Of a stretch of DNA of 64,000 nucleotides, positions 1-13,060 are shown piece by piece; positions within the stretch are counted from its first letter, which is position 1; the number at the start of each line of letters is the position of its first letter. This DNA comes from Podarcis melisellensis (taxonomy: Eukaryota). The DNA lies in NCBI GenBank assembly GCA_964234715.1, contig OZ174282.1, one strand, 5' to 3'. The notes below the pieces were generated by a model. That model ran no database searches, was not told where the DNA came from, and was given only the letters and a program-made list of their open reading frames with translations. Position numbers and translations under genes: made by a program.

Positions 1-327
1 TGGCAGTGGGAGCTCACCTTGCTCTAGCTGAAATGAAGAATTGGGAGCTTGCATTAAGCTCCCAAACATTTAGTTGTTGCCACATGAGTGCCTGCTTCAT
101 TTCTGATGTCAAGTGTGGAGTGGTGAGCATGTCTTAGGGGAAATGGCCTCACAAGCCAAATTGGGAGCCCTGGTAAGCCACATTTTACTCACGGGCTTAC
201 CCAGCTTTGTCCTAGAGAGCCTGTGAATGCATGAAATAAAGAGCACAGGATGTTTTGAGTGCATCCATGTGCAGAGCAGTCTATAGACCTGCTCATTGGA
301 TGGGATCTGCACAAGGAAATTGAGATA

Positions 328-730
328 AGAGTCATAAGAGTTTGAAGCTGTCTTGGAGAACATCTAGTCCACCTCCCTCCTCAGTTCAGAATCTGCAACT
401 CAGGGTGAAACTACTGCAAAGTCCCTGACAGATGGCTATCCAGTTGCTGCTTAAAAGGCCCCCAGAAAAGGAAAGAGACCATTTCCTGAGGCAGTCTGTT
501 CCACTATCAGAAAGCTCATATCATTGGTATGCCTCTCCCAAGGCTTAGCTGAAATCTGCTTCCCTCTGTTCCCAGCTTTTGTTTCAAAGCCTTCTGGAGC
601 AAGAGAGAATGAGTGCTTCATTTTCTGTGTTACCGCTCTTCAGATCTTTGAAGATCCCAATCATGTCTTTCCTTAACTTATTATAACTTAGGCTGATCAT
701 ATCCAGTTCTTTCAACCGTTCCTCACTGCA
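328..730 (-). mobile_element. CR1-type LINE 3' fragment
   Basis: Starts agagtcataagagtttgaag..catctagtcca, continues into degenerate RT-end sequence (aggcagtctgttccact, ctcttcagatctttgaaga); similar fragment at about 47909-48150. Confidence 0.6.
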
Positions 731-2615
731 TCGATTCCAAGATGGTGCTACTGGCTAGGGATGGGAGTGAACCCTAGAAGGTAATCCCCTTTCCCACAAT
801 TCTCTCTGTTGTGGATACACATTGCGTACAAATTCTGTGAATAGCACTTGGCTCAAAAATGACCTGTGGCAGCAAAACCAGAGAGAGAAATTCCGAGTGT
901 ATTGGAAACCTCCCTGCTTCTTACCTGTCTTCCTTTTTGCCTGTTTTGGATTGGAAAGGAAGCAGCAGGGCTGCGAGAATACTGATTGCTTCTAAAAGAA
1001 AGACAAGGTAGCATTCTGGGGGAAATGAATAGGGACACCAAGCCTTAGAAGTGGAAGTGGTGTGCAGGTGGGGATAACAGCATTGTGTTTGTGCCGCAAA
1101 TTAGATGCAGGGCACGGGTGATTTTTGTATCACAGTATTGTGTCTAGTCTTCTAACTTTGAACAGAGAATGGTGTGGGGCTTTTAATCTGAATATATTAC
1201 CAGGGGACCCTTGCAGATAAAAAAACAGGAAGATGCACTGAATAGTCTTCTGGTAGCAAACCTATACTACAGGGGTGGGGGACCTGTGGCTGCCCAGATG
1301 TAGTTGAAGAACTACAAGCATTTGGAGAGCACCACATACACTGCCTCTGTCTCTAGAGCTCTGTTCTTGTTAAAATTTAATGAGAACAAATGAGCTGGTG
1401 TGCATCAGGAAGAAGGAAGAGCCTTTCCCCTGAGACGTGTGGTATTGATAAGAGTGCCTGCAGTCCCTTGGTATTTGAGAGGGCAAAGGACCTCTTTAAC
1501 CTTGAGAGGGGGGTGATATCTGTAGCCTGAAGTGTCCTTGCCCTATGTTGCAGGGTAGAGCCAGCTTTGCTGGTACATCTGAGAGCCATTCATAGTAGTT
1601 TGGCAATGTTTTCTGACTCCCAGTAGTCTAACCAGAGCAACAGCAGAGAGGCTGCATCACCAACTTTTCATCAGGAAGGCTGGTGAAAAGAAGAAACTTT
1701 AACCAGGGGTGAATGTTTAGTGTGAAAGCACTGTGAGCTCAGTTCTCATGCTGTGAACGAATTATTGGGCTTGGGATGTGCTGAGAGGTGTCCTTAACTT
1801 GAAATGTGTATATTTTGCAACTGTCTCCAATTGGTGGCTCTTCCCAGGGTGTGTGGGTGTGTGTTTAAAAAAGGCAAATTGAAAGTCTGAAACCCACCCA
1901 GCCCTCCCATACAGCAGCTTACCTGTCAGTGGACCTTGCTTGTGTCAAGGGCTATTCGCTTCCAGTTCATTTCACCAATTCTCTTCTCAACTTATGGGTT
2001 TATCATTTTGCTTCTAGCCAAATTAAAGCTGCTGGTCCCCCATTGCTGCTGTAATTGGTCTGGCATAAGGTAGGGTTGAGGAACCCCTGACTCTCCTCAA
2101 CTATGACTCCCTCTTCATGGGCTATATGGCTGGGGCTGGTGGAAATTGGATCCTGGTAACATCTGGAGGGCCACAGGCTTTCAGGAAGAGCTTTCTCCAG
2201 AGATATATCTTGCTCTCAAAATACATTCCCAGAGTGGCTCCCCGCTCCCCACTCTGCAACAGTGAACAAAGGTTGCTATAGGTGCCGTCACCATCCACAA
2301 TAAGATTAACCACAACCAAAAATTTAGCTTTTTTGTGGAGTGGGGGTCTTGCGTTGTAGAATTCCCTTGCAAGACCCTCTTGCTGTTCTGCGAATATATT
2401 TTTTCCATCAAGCCTTTTAAGAACTAGGACTGTTTATGTTTAATATGGTATAAAGCTGCTGATAGTATGGACAGTATGTGTGTTTTACCAATGAATTCTT
2501 TTATGAAGGGTTGTTATTGTTTTATTTTCAGCCATTTTGAGGGTCTGCATAGCTGAAAAGCAGCCTGAAACATTTTCTATAGAACTAAATGTATAATTTT
2601 CAACTTCTGATTAAC

Positions 2616-2734
2616 AAGCCTTCACCAACCTGGTGCCCTCCAGATGTTTTGGACTCCAGATCTCCCTGTGCTGACTGGGGCTAATGGGAGTTTTAGTCCA
2701 AAATGACTGGAGGGCACCAGGTTGGTGACGGCTG
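2616..2734. mobile_element. Short palindromic MITE (related family)
   Basis: gccttcaccaacctggtgccctccag...ctggagggcaccaggttggtgacggc forms a long near-perfect inverted repeat. Confidence 0.75.
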
Positions 2735-3010
2735 CGATAGACTGTGTGTTGAAGACATATCAGTGGCTTCATGAGCAATTCTCCTAGAGTAACAGCTGTT
2801 TAAGTGGAGGATAACTCCTAGACACATGATTACATATGACTGGGATGGGGGGGGGGATATCTCATGTGCATTTATGTTTGTATTGAGAAACCCTAAGCAA
2901 CTTCCAAGGACCTACATGCTTCTCTATAACAAAGCCTGGAAGCTGCTGTTTTAGGCCAAGAGAGGAGGACCCAGTATAGACATAGCAGGACAGGTGGGTT
3001 TGAGTGTTAA

Positions 3011-3195
3011 GTGTCGTAGCTCAGTGGCAGAGCATCTGCTTTCCATGCAGAGGGTCCCATGTTCAATTCCCAGATAGGGCTGGGAGAGACCTCTGCCTGA
3101 AACCCTGGAGAGCTGCTGCCTGTCAGTTTAGACAGTGCTGAGATAGATGCACCAATGATCTGATTCAGTATAAGGTGGCTTCCTAGGTATCTATG
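3011..3195 (+). mobile_element. tRNA-derived SINE (Squam3-like)
   Basis: A-box tagctcagtgg, B-box gttcaattcc, body ctgcctgaaaccctggagagctgctgcc, tail ttccta. Other copies at about 5036-5215(-), 10103-10500(-), 30548-30750(+), 40297-40481(+), 51951-52136(-), 63038-63227(-). Confidence 0.75.
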
Positions 3196-4390
3196 TGAGA
3201 AATAAAGCAGTCATTTATTTTCTTCTTTCATTATCTCCCAATCTTTTTAAACAGATAGGATTGCACTCTTTCTTTCCTCTCTCTGCTTTGCCCCTCTGTG
3301 TGTTCCTTTCAACTGTTGCTTTGTCTCCCATATACACTCTGTGTTCCTCAGTAAGAAGGCATTAAACGCTCTAAATATGAGGCAGCCCAGATTGTGGAGT
3401 GGCGGGGCAGAAGCAGATGGGGAAGGAGGTAGAGTGTGCCAGGCTCTTTTTTTACCCATGAATAAATTCTTTCTTGCACTCACATTGGAGATCCCGAATG
3501 AAATGAAAGCTTTTAGCATCAAATGATGCTTCAGGGAGCAGCCTTTCAACTGGGGGCAGGGGAACCACTGGAGTTCTTTTAAAGGGTCTTCTTCTCCAGC
3601 TGAAAGAGTGATGGGGGTGGAGGGAAGTCTGCATGAGCCCATTAACCTTAGTCGCAGCTCAGTGCATGCTGTCTTCCTCGCATGCCTGTCACCGTGTTCT
3701 CCCAAGAGAGATGGCATAGCCTGTTTCAATCTAAAGCTGCCTTCTGTGGATGGGAAAAAAGATGGCCAGAAAAAAAAGATCTGAAAACCTTAAAGTGCTT
3801 TATGAATAAATGGTTAATTAGCTGCTAGTCCAAGGTGAAGCAGGCAGGCCCAAATCTGGCACTTAAAATAAATTATGTAAATGTGAATGTACATTTACAT
3901 CATTAGTTCTGGTTGCGATAGTCCCCCCTTCCCCCCTCCTGTTTTTCTCCAGCTAGTATAAAAAAGAGGCTTTCAAAAAAGAAGCCAGTTTGCCTTCTCT
4001 TCTATCTTTGTTTTATTGCTCCTTTCATTTTCAGCTTCTTTAAGCCTATCACTGGTACTTAGATCAGAATCTTATCCTGCAAACCAAAGCATCCTTAACT
4101 GGAAGCAAGTCCCATTGAATTCCCTGGGGATTTAATATCTGCACGAACATGCTTAGGCCTTGGCTCTGTAGGAACCTGAAGCAGAACCTTGTATAACAAT
4201 GGTTTTTTGTGGTTTTTCAGATACTGGAAACAAGGCTTTTTATTTAAATAACTGGGGGGGGGGGTACTGCGTTGCCAGTGTGCTGATTACCTGACAAAGC
4301 CTGCAGTTTGAATATTATTCAGAAAAAGCAGTAGTCCATCCATGGCCCTCATTGTACCCTCATATCTGCCATCCTCTGGATACCTTAACC

Positions 4391-4543
4391 CAGTGTTGTT
4401 GTTTTTCTGGGGGTATGCAGGGGTACGCATACCCCTAAACATATTGTGAATCTAAGTTTGGCCTCATTGAGGGGCAGTATTTCAATATGAGTAGAGTAGG
4501 AAAATGAGAGTACCCCTAAACTTTTTTATAGAAAAAAGGACTG
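4391..4543. mobile_element. hAT-like MITE
   Basis: Ends CAGTG..TTTTTCT / AGAAAAAAGGACTG; degenerate 8-bp TSD ccttaacc / ccttagct; internal tacccctaaac repeated. Confidence 0.55.
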
Positions 4544-7124
4544 CCTTAGCTACCTTTTGGATGGCCTCTGTGGGCTGAATGAGATGGGTTTTGTGCAACT
4601 AGATATGTGTGCAAGGGCCCATCTGTGGAAATGTGTCGCTACCGAAGCTGATCTGCAACTTATTTTGGAGGTGCAAAAGAGAATTCTATGCATTGGTTCT
4701 GATAGCTAAAATGGAATTTCCAAATTCAAGTTCAATATTTTTGCCATAAACAAGTAAGCAAGACACAGAATAATGGCAGACCATAGCCCATGTTACCACT
4801 CAGCTATTGACTACCAGCCTGCTCACCTAATTATAAAAAGCCATTTTGGCCTCTTCATTCATCTAGGTAGAGGGCACCTTAGTTCATGTTCTTAGAAACA
4901 GTGGTTTGTGGGAGCCCCTAGGCATTGTGGGGAGAGCGAAGTAACAGGTTCTTGTTCTTGCAAGGATTGTAGCAGCTTGGCTTGCTCTACACTGCCCTCT
5001 ACTGCCAACCTTCAGTTCAACTACATTCCTGAAGCGTAGGAAGATTCCTTATACATACAGAGTCACACTTTTGGTTTTTATGGCATAGTATTTTCTATAT
5101 TAAGTTCTGGAGATCTGCTGCCAGCCAGGCAGGAATCTTGCCAGTCCCCAACTGGAGATTCTAGGGATCAAATCTGGAACTTTATGGATGCAAAGCATGT
5201 GGTGTACCACTGAGTCCCAAATGCTGAACCATTTTGGGAGAACTGGAGTTTTAGGGAACCCAACAAAGCTCCTTAATTTTATTTTAGCTTAAAAAGAAAA
5301 TTTAGTCTCCCCTAATCCAAAGAGGTTTGTTGGAAATAATAAATAAATAATAAATCCGTGATAAGTAAACTACTGATAGTAAGGGAGCAGAATCAATATT
5401 TTTATACCAAAACATTGATCCTCCAGATGTTGTTGCACCATGCTTCCACTATCACTTGTCATTGGCTGTGCTGGCTGGAGTTGTTAAGAGTTGGAATCCA
5501 ACACATTCTTCTGGATGATGCTTGGGCTTGGGAAAGGTCAGGAAGGCAGGATGCAACCAGCAAGTGGCTTCTTAGTATTCTAGTTTATTGCATTAGAAGA
5601 GTCCTGCTGGATTAGACAAGCTACCACCATCGTGTTGTACACAGCCACCAATCTGATGCTTCTGGAAAGCCCACAAGTAGGGCATGAAGGCAGCAGCTCT
5701 CCACTGCCATTTGCTGTCCAGAAACTGGTGTTCATTTGTATTCTGCCTCTGAACATAAAGGTTCAATTTAGCTGTCAGGGCTAATAGACCTATCTGTGGC
5801 TGTCCTCCCATTGGTTAGTATGATCACAGAAAGAGTATGCTTCAGAGGGTGTGTTTGATTTGATCCAAGAAAATGTTGCATGTTATAGCTGAGAAGTGCT
5901 CTTCTCGTGTAATGTATGTAAGGTTCTTTTCCGTTTAGGAACTGAAAAACTTATCAGCTTGCAAATGGGTGGTTCGCTAGCTCCTGCCATTCCTGAAGAC
6001 ACTGGAAGCAGATAGCAGCTGTTCCCTCACTTTCTCAACACACCCATAACAGAAATACTAACAATCATTTTGTTTCTAGTCTGGGAGCTACCAAGGTCTG
6101 GCACACTGAGTCTTGTTCCACATCCTACCAAATGCCAAAATACAGATTGGGTCATACGTAATCACTCAGGAATTTCTGTCCTGAACTTGACTAATCTCAA
6201 CATCCGCTGGGGAACAGGAATTCCAAGTGTTCAGCACCTGTCTCTATACAGAAGTGCTGCACGTGCTACCATGAAGCTGGCAATACCTGTCTGACTGGTA
6301 TGTTGTCACCCAGTCATCTGCATCAGACAGACAGGTCAAATTTGGGGTGTTGAGGGCACGTTGTTGTCATTGGTTGTGATGGGAGGCCAAATGGATCTCT
6401 CTGTGTGTTGGTATTTCACAAGGGGCTTTGGGAGTGAATTTGTTGTGGCCAATGAGGTGTCTGGTGATACACACTGTTTGGGTGGCTTTGTAGAGCAGAA
6501 TCAGGGTCTCCTTGATCCACACTGAAAGGACTGAACTCTACTTGGGAACTGGAGGAAGAAAGCTGGGCTAACACAGGCTGCAGAGGAAATGAGGGTACAA
6601 GAACTTAAGGCGCCTTAAAAAACAACAACCACCACCACCACCTTTCCAGTTTGTTATTTGTCTGGCTATTTAAAGGGAAGGCGCACAGAAGCAGGAAGTG
6701 CGATGGACTTTGCTGAATCACAGTGGAATATTCTATCATTGGGGCTGGATTCAAGGAAGAGAGGGAACGCCTTTCCTTTTTTTGCTGAAATCTGATGAAT
6801 GGAGGAAATCTCGCCCTGGATGCATTGAGCAGGCAAGGTCCAGGCTATGCTTTTCGGAGATCTGGCAGGTGGCGAGGGGCTCCTGGTTTCCATCTCCATG
6901 TACTTCTCTGGCACTCCTCCTTTGTAACCAGATATATTCACCAAAAAGTCAACAAAAGGGGGCTAGTTATCGGGATAGATTAGTTAGGTGGTATTTAAGT
7001 GCATCCCTTATAGAGCTCAACTCTGATAGTATCTGCAGGCTTTTATTTTCAAAGGAAGAGGTGTCGTTTCTACTTTGTTCTAATAAACTCTGGTGTGACA
7101 TGAGAATTGTTTTGCACTGAATGA

Positions 7125-7247
7125 CCCGGAAAAACTATCTGCAGACAAATGCCGGCTCCCTCGGCCTGTAAAGCGAGATGAGCAGCGCAACCCCATAGTC
7201 GTCTGCAACTGGACTTAACTGTCAGGGGTCCTTTACCTTTACCTTTT
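7125..7247 (+). mobile_element. 5'-truncated Sauria SINE (3' end)
   Basis: gccggctccctcggcc..aaagcgagatgag..cgcaacccca..cctttacctttaccttt is the reverse complement of the left part of the 50001 copy. Confidence 0.85.
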
Positions 7248-7258
7248 ATGGTGTAGCC

Positions 7259-7558
7259 CAGGGGTCAGCAAGGTTTATCTTGCCTGGGCCGGATCGATCC
7301 TGCATAGATCCCTCCGTGGGCCAGATCATGTGTACGCACCTGTGATTTTCGGCATCTGCGCGTGCACAGACGTGATTTTCGGTGTCTGTGTCTATGCAGA
7401 CATGATTTCCGGCACTGCGGAAGCGAGTCTCCATGCTGCACTGTGCTGGTTTAGCACAGCACACAAGCGGGCAGCTCGATTTGGGGGTGGCTCGTGGGCC
7501 AGTCAAATTATCTCTGCGGGCCGCTTCCGGCCCATGGGCCTTAGGTTGCTGACCCCTG
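7259..7558. mobile_element. hAT-type non-autonomous element (MITE) with internal ~30-bp tandem repeats
   Basis: TIRs CAGGGGTCAGCAA / TTGCTGACCCCTG; 8-bp TSD GTGTAGCC / GTGTAACC; about 2.5 copies of gtgattttcggcatctgcgcgtgcacagac at 7342-7420. Confidence 0.8.
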
Positions 7559-8000
7559 GTGTAACCCATACTTTCGCCAACCTAATTCCCTCCAGATGAT
7601 TGACCATTAGCCATGCTGGCTGGTTCTGATGGGAACTGGGAGTCCAGCAATGTCTGGAGGGTGCCAGGCTGAGGGTATCTGGTCCAGCCTAATTAAATCT
7701 TCATCTTATTTATTTGCCTACCTCCTCCACTTCACCTCAAACTGCCAGTTCTGCCTTTTTCATCACACCTCAAAACAATGTTTCCTTCCCCGCCCTCTTT
7801 TTTTCATTCTTGCATCCAACCTGAATAATTCTTTATACTATATGTGACCAATGATGGATAGGAGGATGGAATGTGGGTATCTTATAAATATAAGAATAAA
7901 ACTTCTAGTGAGCTCAAAAACATGCTGTTTGTAAGTTTTACTTATACCTAGCTGTTGTCGTTATGCAATCGCCACCCTACAGATGGCGCCATGAGTGAAT

Positions 8001-8032
8001 GAGAGAGAGAGAGAGAGAGAGTGAGTGAGTGT
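8001..8032. repeat. (GA)n/(GAGT)n microsatellite
   Basis: gagagagagagagagagagagtgagtgagt. Confidence 0.85.
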
Positions 8033-10128
8033 AGAGGGGGCTCCTTCAAAGAACTCAAGGAGCCTGTTTTGAGTTTAACTGTGCTACTTCCGGACAACAG
8101 TGAGCTCTCTGAGGGGCTTTCCACCTTGCAAGATTATTTCCTTGGGAAAGGCTACTTTTGATTAAATCTGAACTCACACAGAAAAGGTGTAGGCAGCTGG
8201 TCAGGCCTTGGCTTTCTTTCCGCAGGATTCAAGACTTAAAGGTTTGTGCATGGTTTGTGGAGGTGTGCCAGCTCATCTGGAAACTTGGGGCATGGGTAGA
8301 CATTTGCGTATCCAAGGTGATATGTGGAGGGAGAAACCCTGCTGGCTTAGCATGCTAGAGGCAACTGTGCTTTAGCTGGATTTCAAATGGGTTTTGCATG
8401 CTGCTAGCTGTGGAAAAGCTGCACTAGGGATGTTTGTGGCATTTTGAAGCACCAGAATATATTTCCAGCCCCTGGAGGCAGAGGGACACTAGGTTGATTG
8501 CTGTGTGCTGCATATAAGCAGAAGGCCTGTTAGTAAAAGTGGCCATTTAATTAGCTATTTCATACCATAGTACAGGAAGGCAGCCAGGGAGAGAACTTTT
8601 CTTCTACAGGATGACAAAAGCTTTTACTTGAAAGGTATTGCCTTTGTGTTCTGGGTAAGGTTTAGTGGTACCCCATTGTTGTCTTCTGACATCTTCCCAT
8701 AATAGCTGTGCTAAGAGACCATAGCTAAGAGACCAGCTCTCCCCTTTCTTCACTATAACCTGCTCAGATTGTTAAGGCCAACCAAGAGTACTGTTATTCA
8801 AAATTACATTTCTTTGTATCACGAACCTAATTCTCTGCCATAAGGAAGAATGTGGAGATGAAGTGTATGAGATTAAGGGAAGGAGCTAAGCTCAGGCAAA
8901 CAGGCACTGTGTCCCTTCAGTTCTGACCCATAGTCATGTCTATGGGTGCATCACTAAGTGACATTTCCAGCAAAGCCTGGGACTTCGCAGCTTTGCTTGA
9001 CCATAAGGAAACAGAACTGGTGGTTTAATTTGCAAAGAGGAAGGTGTGGAGATTCATATCTGGCTGGGACCTGTCCCTTTTTACATGGACAAGTTGCTGC
9101 ACGATCAGAGTTGTGGGGTGTATGCTATGAAGAACATAATCACTGTGTTTAGGGCAATCTGGACATGCTCAGAGATTCATTTATTAAAAAGATATGGGGG
9201 ATTGGTCTTCAGTTGGTGGGCTTCATGAGTGGGCTGTGGTTTGGCGGTGACTGACTGGGGCTTTTTCTTAAAGAAGGAAAGAGAGGTAAAGAGGGTGACC
9301 AGATGCTATGGAGGCAGAGTTCCTTTATCTTCAATAGCTGTGTAGAGGGGGGAAATGGTTAGGTGTGGTTTTCTCACTCCTACATGACAAACTGTCTCTG
9401 TAAACATTCCGCCTCTTATGTAGCTATTTAAACAGCCTTGTAAATAAGCCCACAAAAGTTATTAGCATGCAGTGTTTTTTACTAACCTGCTAAGGAAATT
9501 AGTAGCTTGTTGTTTCCATGATGACCACAGAGGAGAGGAAGCTTCTCAACAGGCTTGTTAAAGAAAGTGCCTTCTGCTATACAGGCTGGTGGAGGAGGGA
9601 CAGACTTGGTTCCCATGCTGGCTTCAGAGGAAGCAAAGTGGAGGCTGGTGGGAGGAGGAATGGAGAGATCCACCCCCCCCTTTGCCAACCCACTCACTCC
9701 CCTGTGTGGAATCTCTAGTTGCCATGGGCGATCCAGTGAGTTATTAAATACAGTGCTGTAGATCTGTAAATTCCCTTGCATCTGGTCACTCTAAAGTGGT
9801 GGGTGGGATGGGCAGAGCAGAGAACAGGTTAGTTGCGGGAACACACAAAGTCTCACCTCTAGGATGCCAGGCTAATTGGAGAACTCTCTGCTCTGGCAAG
9901 GGAGTGAAGTGATAGGAGGCGTTAAGAGTTACTGTTGTCTTTTACAAATTTATATAGATGAAGTGGGATATGTCAGCTGATCCTAATAAACTGGGTAGTG
10001 TGCAATGGGTAGTATTACTGGTGTGTGTGCCCGTGTGTGTGTAAAAGAGAGAGAAAAATCCACATAGCTGCATGCGTTTCTGGACTCACCTTGGGGTCAT
10101 ATAAAGGAACACCGAAAGCTGCCTTATA

Positions 10129-10354
10129 CAGTGGTACCTCAGGTTAAGTACTTAATTTGTTCGGGAGGTCCATTCTTAACCTGAAACTGTTCTTAACCTG
10201 AAGCACCACTTTAGCTAATGGGGCCTCCTGCTGCTGCCGCGCCGCCGGAGCCCGATTTCTGTTCTTATCCTGAAGCAAAGTTCTTAACCTGAAGCACTAT
10301 TTCTGGGTTAGCAGAGTGTGTAACCTGAAGTGTATGTAAACCGAGGTACCACTG
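10129..10354. mobile_element. Tc1/mariner (pogo/Tigger-like) MITE, nested in a tRNA-SINE
   Basis: TIRs CAGTGGTACCTC / GAGGTACCACTG with TA on both sides; internal ttaacctgaa repeats; same family at 24698, 62356 and partially at 23521. Confidence 0.85.
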
Positions 10355-12730
10355 TACTTGAGTCATATCATTGGTTCGCATTGCTCAGCATACATAGATT
10401 GGTGATGACAGTCCTTTAGATGTTCAGGCAGGAGTTTTTGCCAGCCCTACCTGGACTGAATTTGGAACCTTCTGCATGCAAATCAGATGCTCTACTGCTT
10501 GGGGGGCTGGGTTTTGTCATAAGTTCTATAGCATTTACTACTATATATGCTAATAAAAATTTGAAGTGGACCTCATGTTGAAGCTTTGGGTTCTGAAAGA
10601 ATGAAGGCTTCTGTTCTTGTTCCAGGGCTGTGATATTTTGGCTAAAGAGAAAAACAGCCCAGCTGTTGACATTCTTGGAAGTTCTTAGACAGTCTTCTCT
10701 GTCTTCCTGATGTGTCTTCTTTCTTCCCCGCCTCCTCCAGAGGCAGGGCTTCCTTCTCTTGCCTCTCCATGGCTGTGTGGCTTTGACTCACCCAGGGAGC
10801 AGCAGGAACTGCAGTGATGTCAGGCTGCGAGGAGGGAAGTGTGGGAGGAGACACACTGCCCTGTTTGGCTGGCTGGCTGGGAGCTCTTGTCCCTGCCACA
10901 TTTCATGGGATAAGGATGAGAGCAAGCAACACTGGTACTCAAGGCCTTGCTCCAGTCTTCAGTGTGGGTGATGCATTAACCCCAGCTTCAAGATGAAAGG
11001 GAAATACAAAGGTAATGGTCTCAGAATATGTCCACTTTTCTTCCTGACTTCCAAACCGTTGTGGTGGGATCCCTAAAATGAAAATCTTGGGAAGGGGGTT
11101 CCAGGCTGAAAAATGTTGAACTGTAAGCCAGGAACTTCTCTGGTTTAAATATCACCTCTGCCATGAAGTCTGGACATGGCCTCAAGCAAATTACAGCTTT
11201 TCAGCAACCCTCAAATGTGCAATATGATAAAACTGACTAGGCAGCCGGATAAGATTGTTTTTTTAAGGATTGCTCCAGTAATGCATGTGAAGACCTTAGA
11301 AAACGTTTAAAGCACTACTTAAACACTAGACAAACTTTGAACCTGAGACAAGGCAGTAGGTGGGATGTTTGCCTGCATGGCTCATTCTAAACTAGGTAAA
11401 TCCCAGTGGATAACAAGAAAGGAAAAGCTTGGAGAGGAGATAGGGACCACCCAGGTGAGCCAGTAGTGACTTTCTCTCTTCAGTGCACCAGGCTAAGTGA
11501 GTGTCAGGTCAAAAGCTTGTTTTCTGTGGCATATGAGTTACTAACTTTGTCTCTTGTTTAATGGCCTGTTGTTTAATTGTAGGATTGTAGTATTTTGGTA
11601 CTGTTTGAATTTTGTTACTGTGGTTGGGGGAAAAAAGTTTTTGTTTAAAAGTTATAAATCAGTAAACTAGAGGGGACTAGAGTTCGAGCTCTGGAGGAAT
11701 TTCAGGGATGGCTCATTTCTGCTTTTCTGGATTTAGGGCACAATGCTGCTCATTTTTGGCTGAATCTTGGGATGGAGATTCTATCGTCTTGTAAGCTGCA
11801 CATCTTGCACCCCAGTATTTGCTAAGGAGTGAGTCAGTAGGCCTGGGGCCACATAGCAGAGACAGTGGCAGTGAAACCTGGCTTTCAAGCTCCTGTTTTG
11901 TTTGTTTGTTCTTTTGTTTTGTAAGCAGATAAGATATTCCTGGTGCTCACATGTGAGCCACGTTCTCTTCCTCTTCCTTTGCTCAGTTATCCCTAATATA
12001 TAGGTTGACCTGATCTGAAGTATTGTGGGAGTGCTGGTGATACTCGCCAGGCCTCATTCCTGGTTTTGTTTTAAGTACTGGGCAGGATAGTTGGGAGGTT
12101 GCCAAAGGTGTTCACAAAGAGGCAGTGATTGGTTGGAAGAGGTATGACTGGATACAGGCATAGTGATGGTAGTGGTGTCAGAGAGGAAAGAGTTGGAGTA
12201 ATGGTGTTTAACTTAGACTAAGGAAGAATAAGTTTGAATCCTTATTCAACCACAAGTCTTACTGGATGACCTTCATTATTTCTGGAGATGATGTTAATGC
12301 TATAAATGTCTTGTTTTAAACAACATAGCTTTCATTTGGTGGTAACAGAGAATAGGGGCTTCAGTGCCTTAAATTCATTCATTTATTTACAGCATTTTTA
12401 TCTTGCCTTTGACTGGAAGGTCTCCAGGACAGCTTAAACAAAACATTTAAAAATAATATTAGTAATAAAATTGAACGTTGAAATGACCATGGAGCAAGTG
12501 TTAATAACACCGACACACCACAAGTAATCATTGAAATAGCTGTGCCATACCTTCTGTGCTAACAGCACTGTGTAGGTGTAGGTATCGGCAGTAGGTTTTC
12601 AAACTCTTTAAGTGTGGGTTTCACTGACAATTACTCAGGCGTAACAACATTTATTTGAGGAACAAGGAAAACAATTGATCTGAGTCTTTGGTTTACTGCA
12701 CATGCAGTTGTAACTAGAAGCTTCCTAAAC

Positions 12731-12870
12731 TAGGGGTGGAGAACTTGTTGCCCTCCTCATGTTGCTGAAATGCAGCAACTCCCATTATTCCTGACCTCTG
12801 GCCATGCTGGCTGGGGCTGATGGGAGTTGAGATCCAACAATATCCGAAGGGTCACAGATCCCCAGCCTTG
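12731..12870. mobile_element. Short palindromic hAT-type MITE (abundant family in this window)
   Basis: TSD TCCTAAAC at 12723-12730 and 12871-12878; self-complementary arms around the core ggccatgctggctggggctgatgggagttg. Confidence 0.8.
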
Positions 12871-12920
12871 TCCTAAACCCAATCCCACCCAGCTAATCCC
12901 CTCTGGCCCATTCCCTTTTT

Positions 12921-13060
12921 CATAGAATTGTAGAGTTAGAAGAGACTACAAGGGTCATTTAGTCCAACCCCCTGCAATGCAGCAATCTTTTGCCGAATAT
13001 GGGGCTCACTCAGACACATGACCCTGAGATTAAGAGTCTCATGCACTGCCGACTGAGCAA
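12921..13060 (-). mobile_element. tRNA-Lys-derived SINE with CR1-like tail
   Basis: The minus strand reads gctcagtcggcagtgcatgagactcttaatctcagggtc (tRNA-Lys-CTT-like, degenerate), followed by a CR1-type 3' end ..ggactaaatgacc..ttctaactctacaattctatg. Confidence 0.7.

Noticed and set aside
3247-3729. 160-aa minus-strand ORF containing FRAFNAF, reminiscent of the AGRP RFFNAF loop (AGRP neighbours RIPOR1 in mammals)
   Set aside because: It lacks the agouti cysteine-knot pattern, and no AGRP exon is recognisable in the window.
6660-6990. TATA-like ctatttaaag plus ETS site followed by ORFs 6698-7120 and 6795-6983
   Set aside because: There is no convincing in-frame donor to the RIPOR1 acceptors and no recognisable protein. 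It could be a promoter, but I cannot support that from sequence alone.
7342-7420. Regularly spaced ~30-bp repeats, superficially CRISPR-like
   Set aside because: They are contiguous tandem repeats without unique spacers, inside a hAT MITE in a vertebrate genome, and there are no cas genes.
13010-13060. tRNA-Lys-like sequence on the minus strand (and tRNA-like heads at 3011, 17660-17745, 40297)
   Set aside because: The T-arm and acceptor stem are degenerate and each is fused to a SINE body or tail, so these are SINE heads, not tRNA genes.
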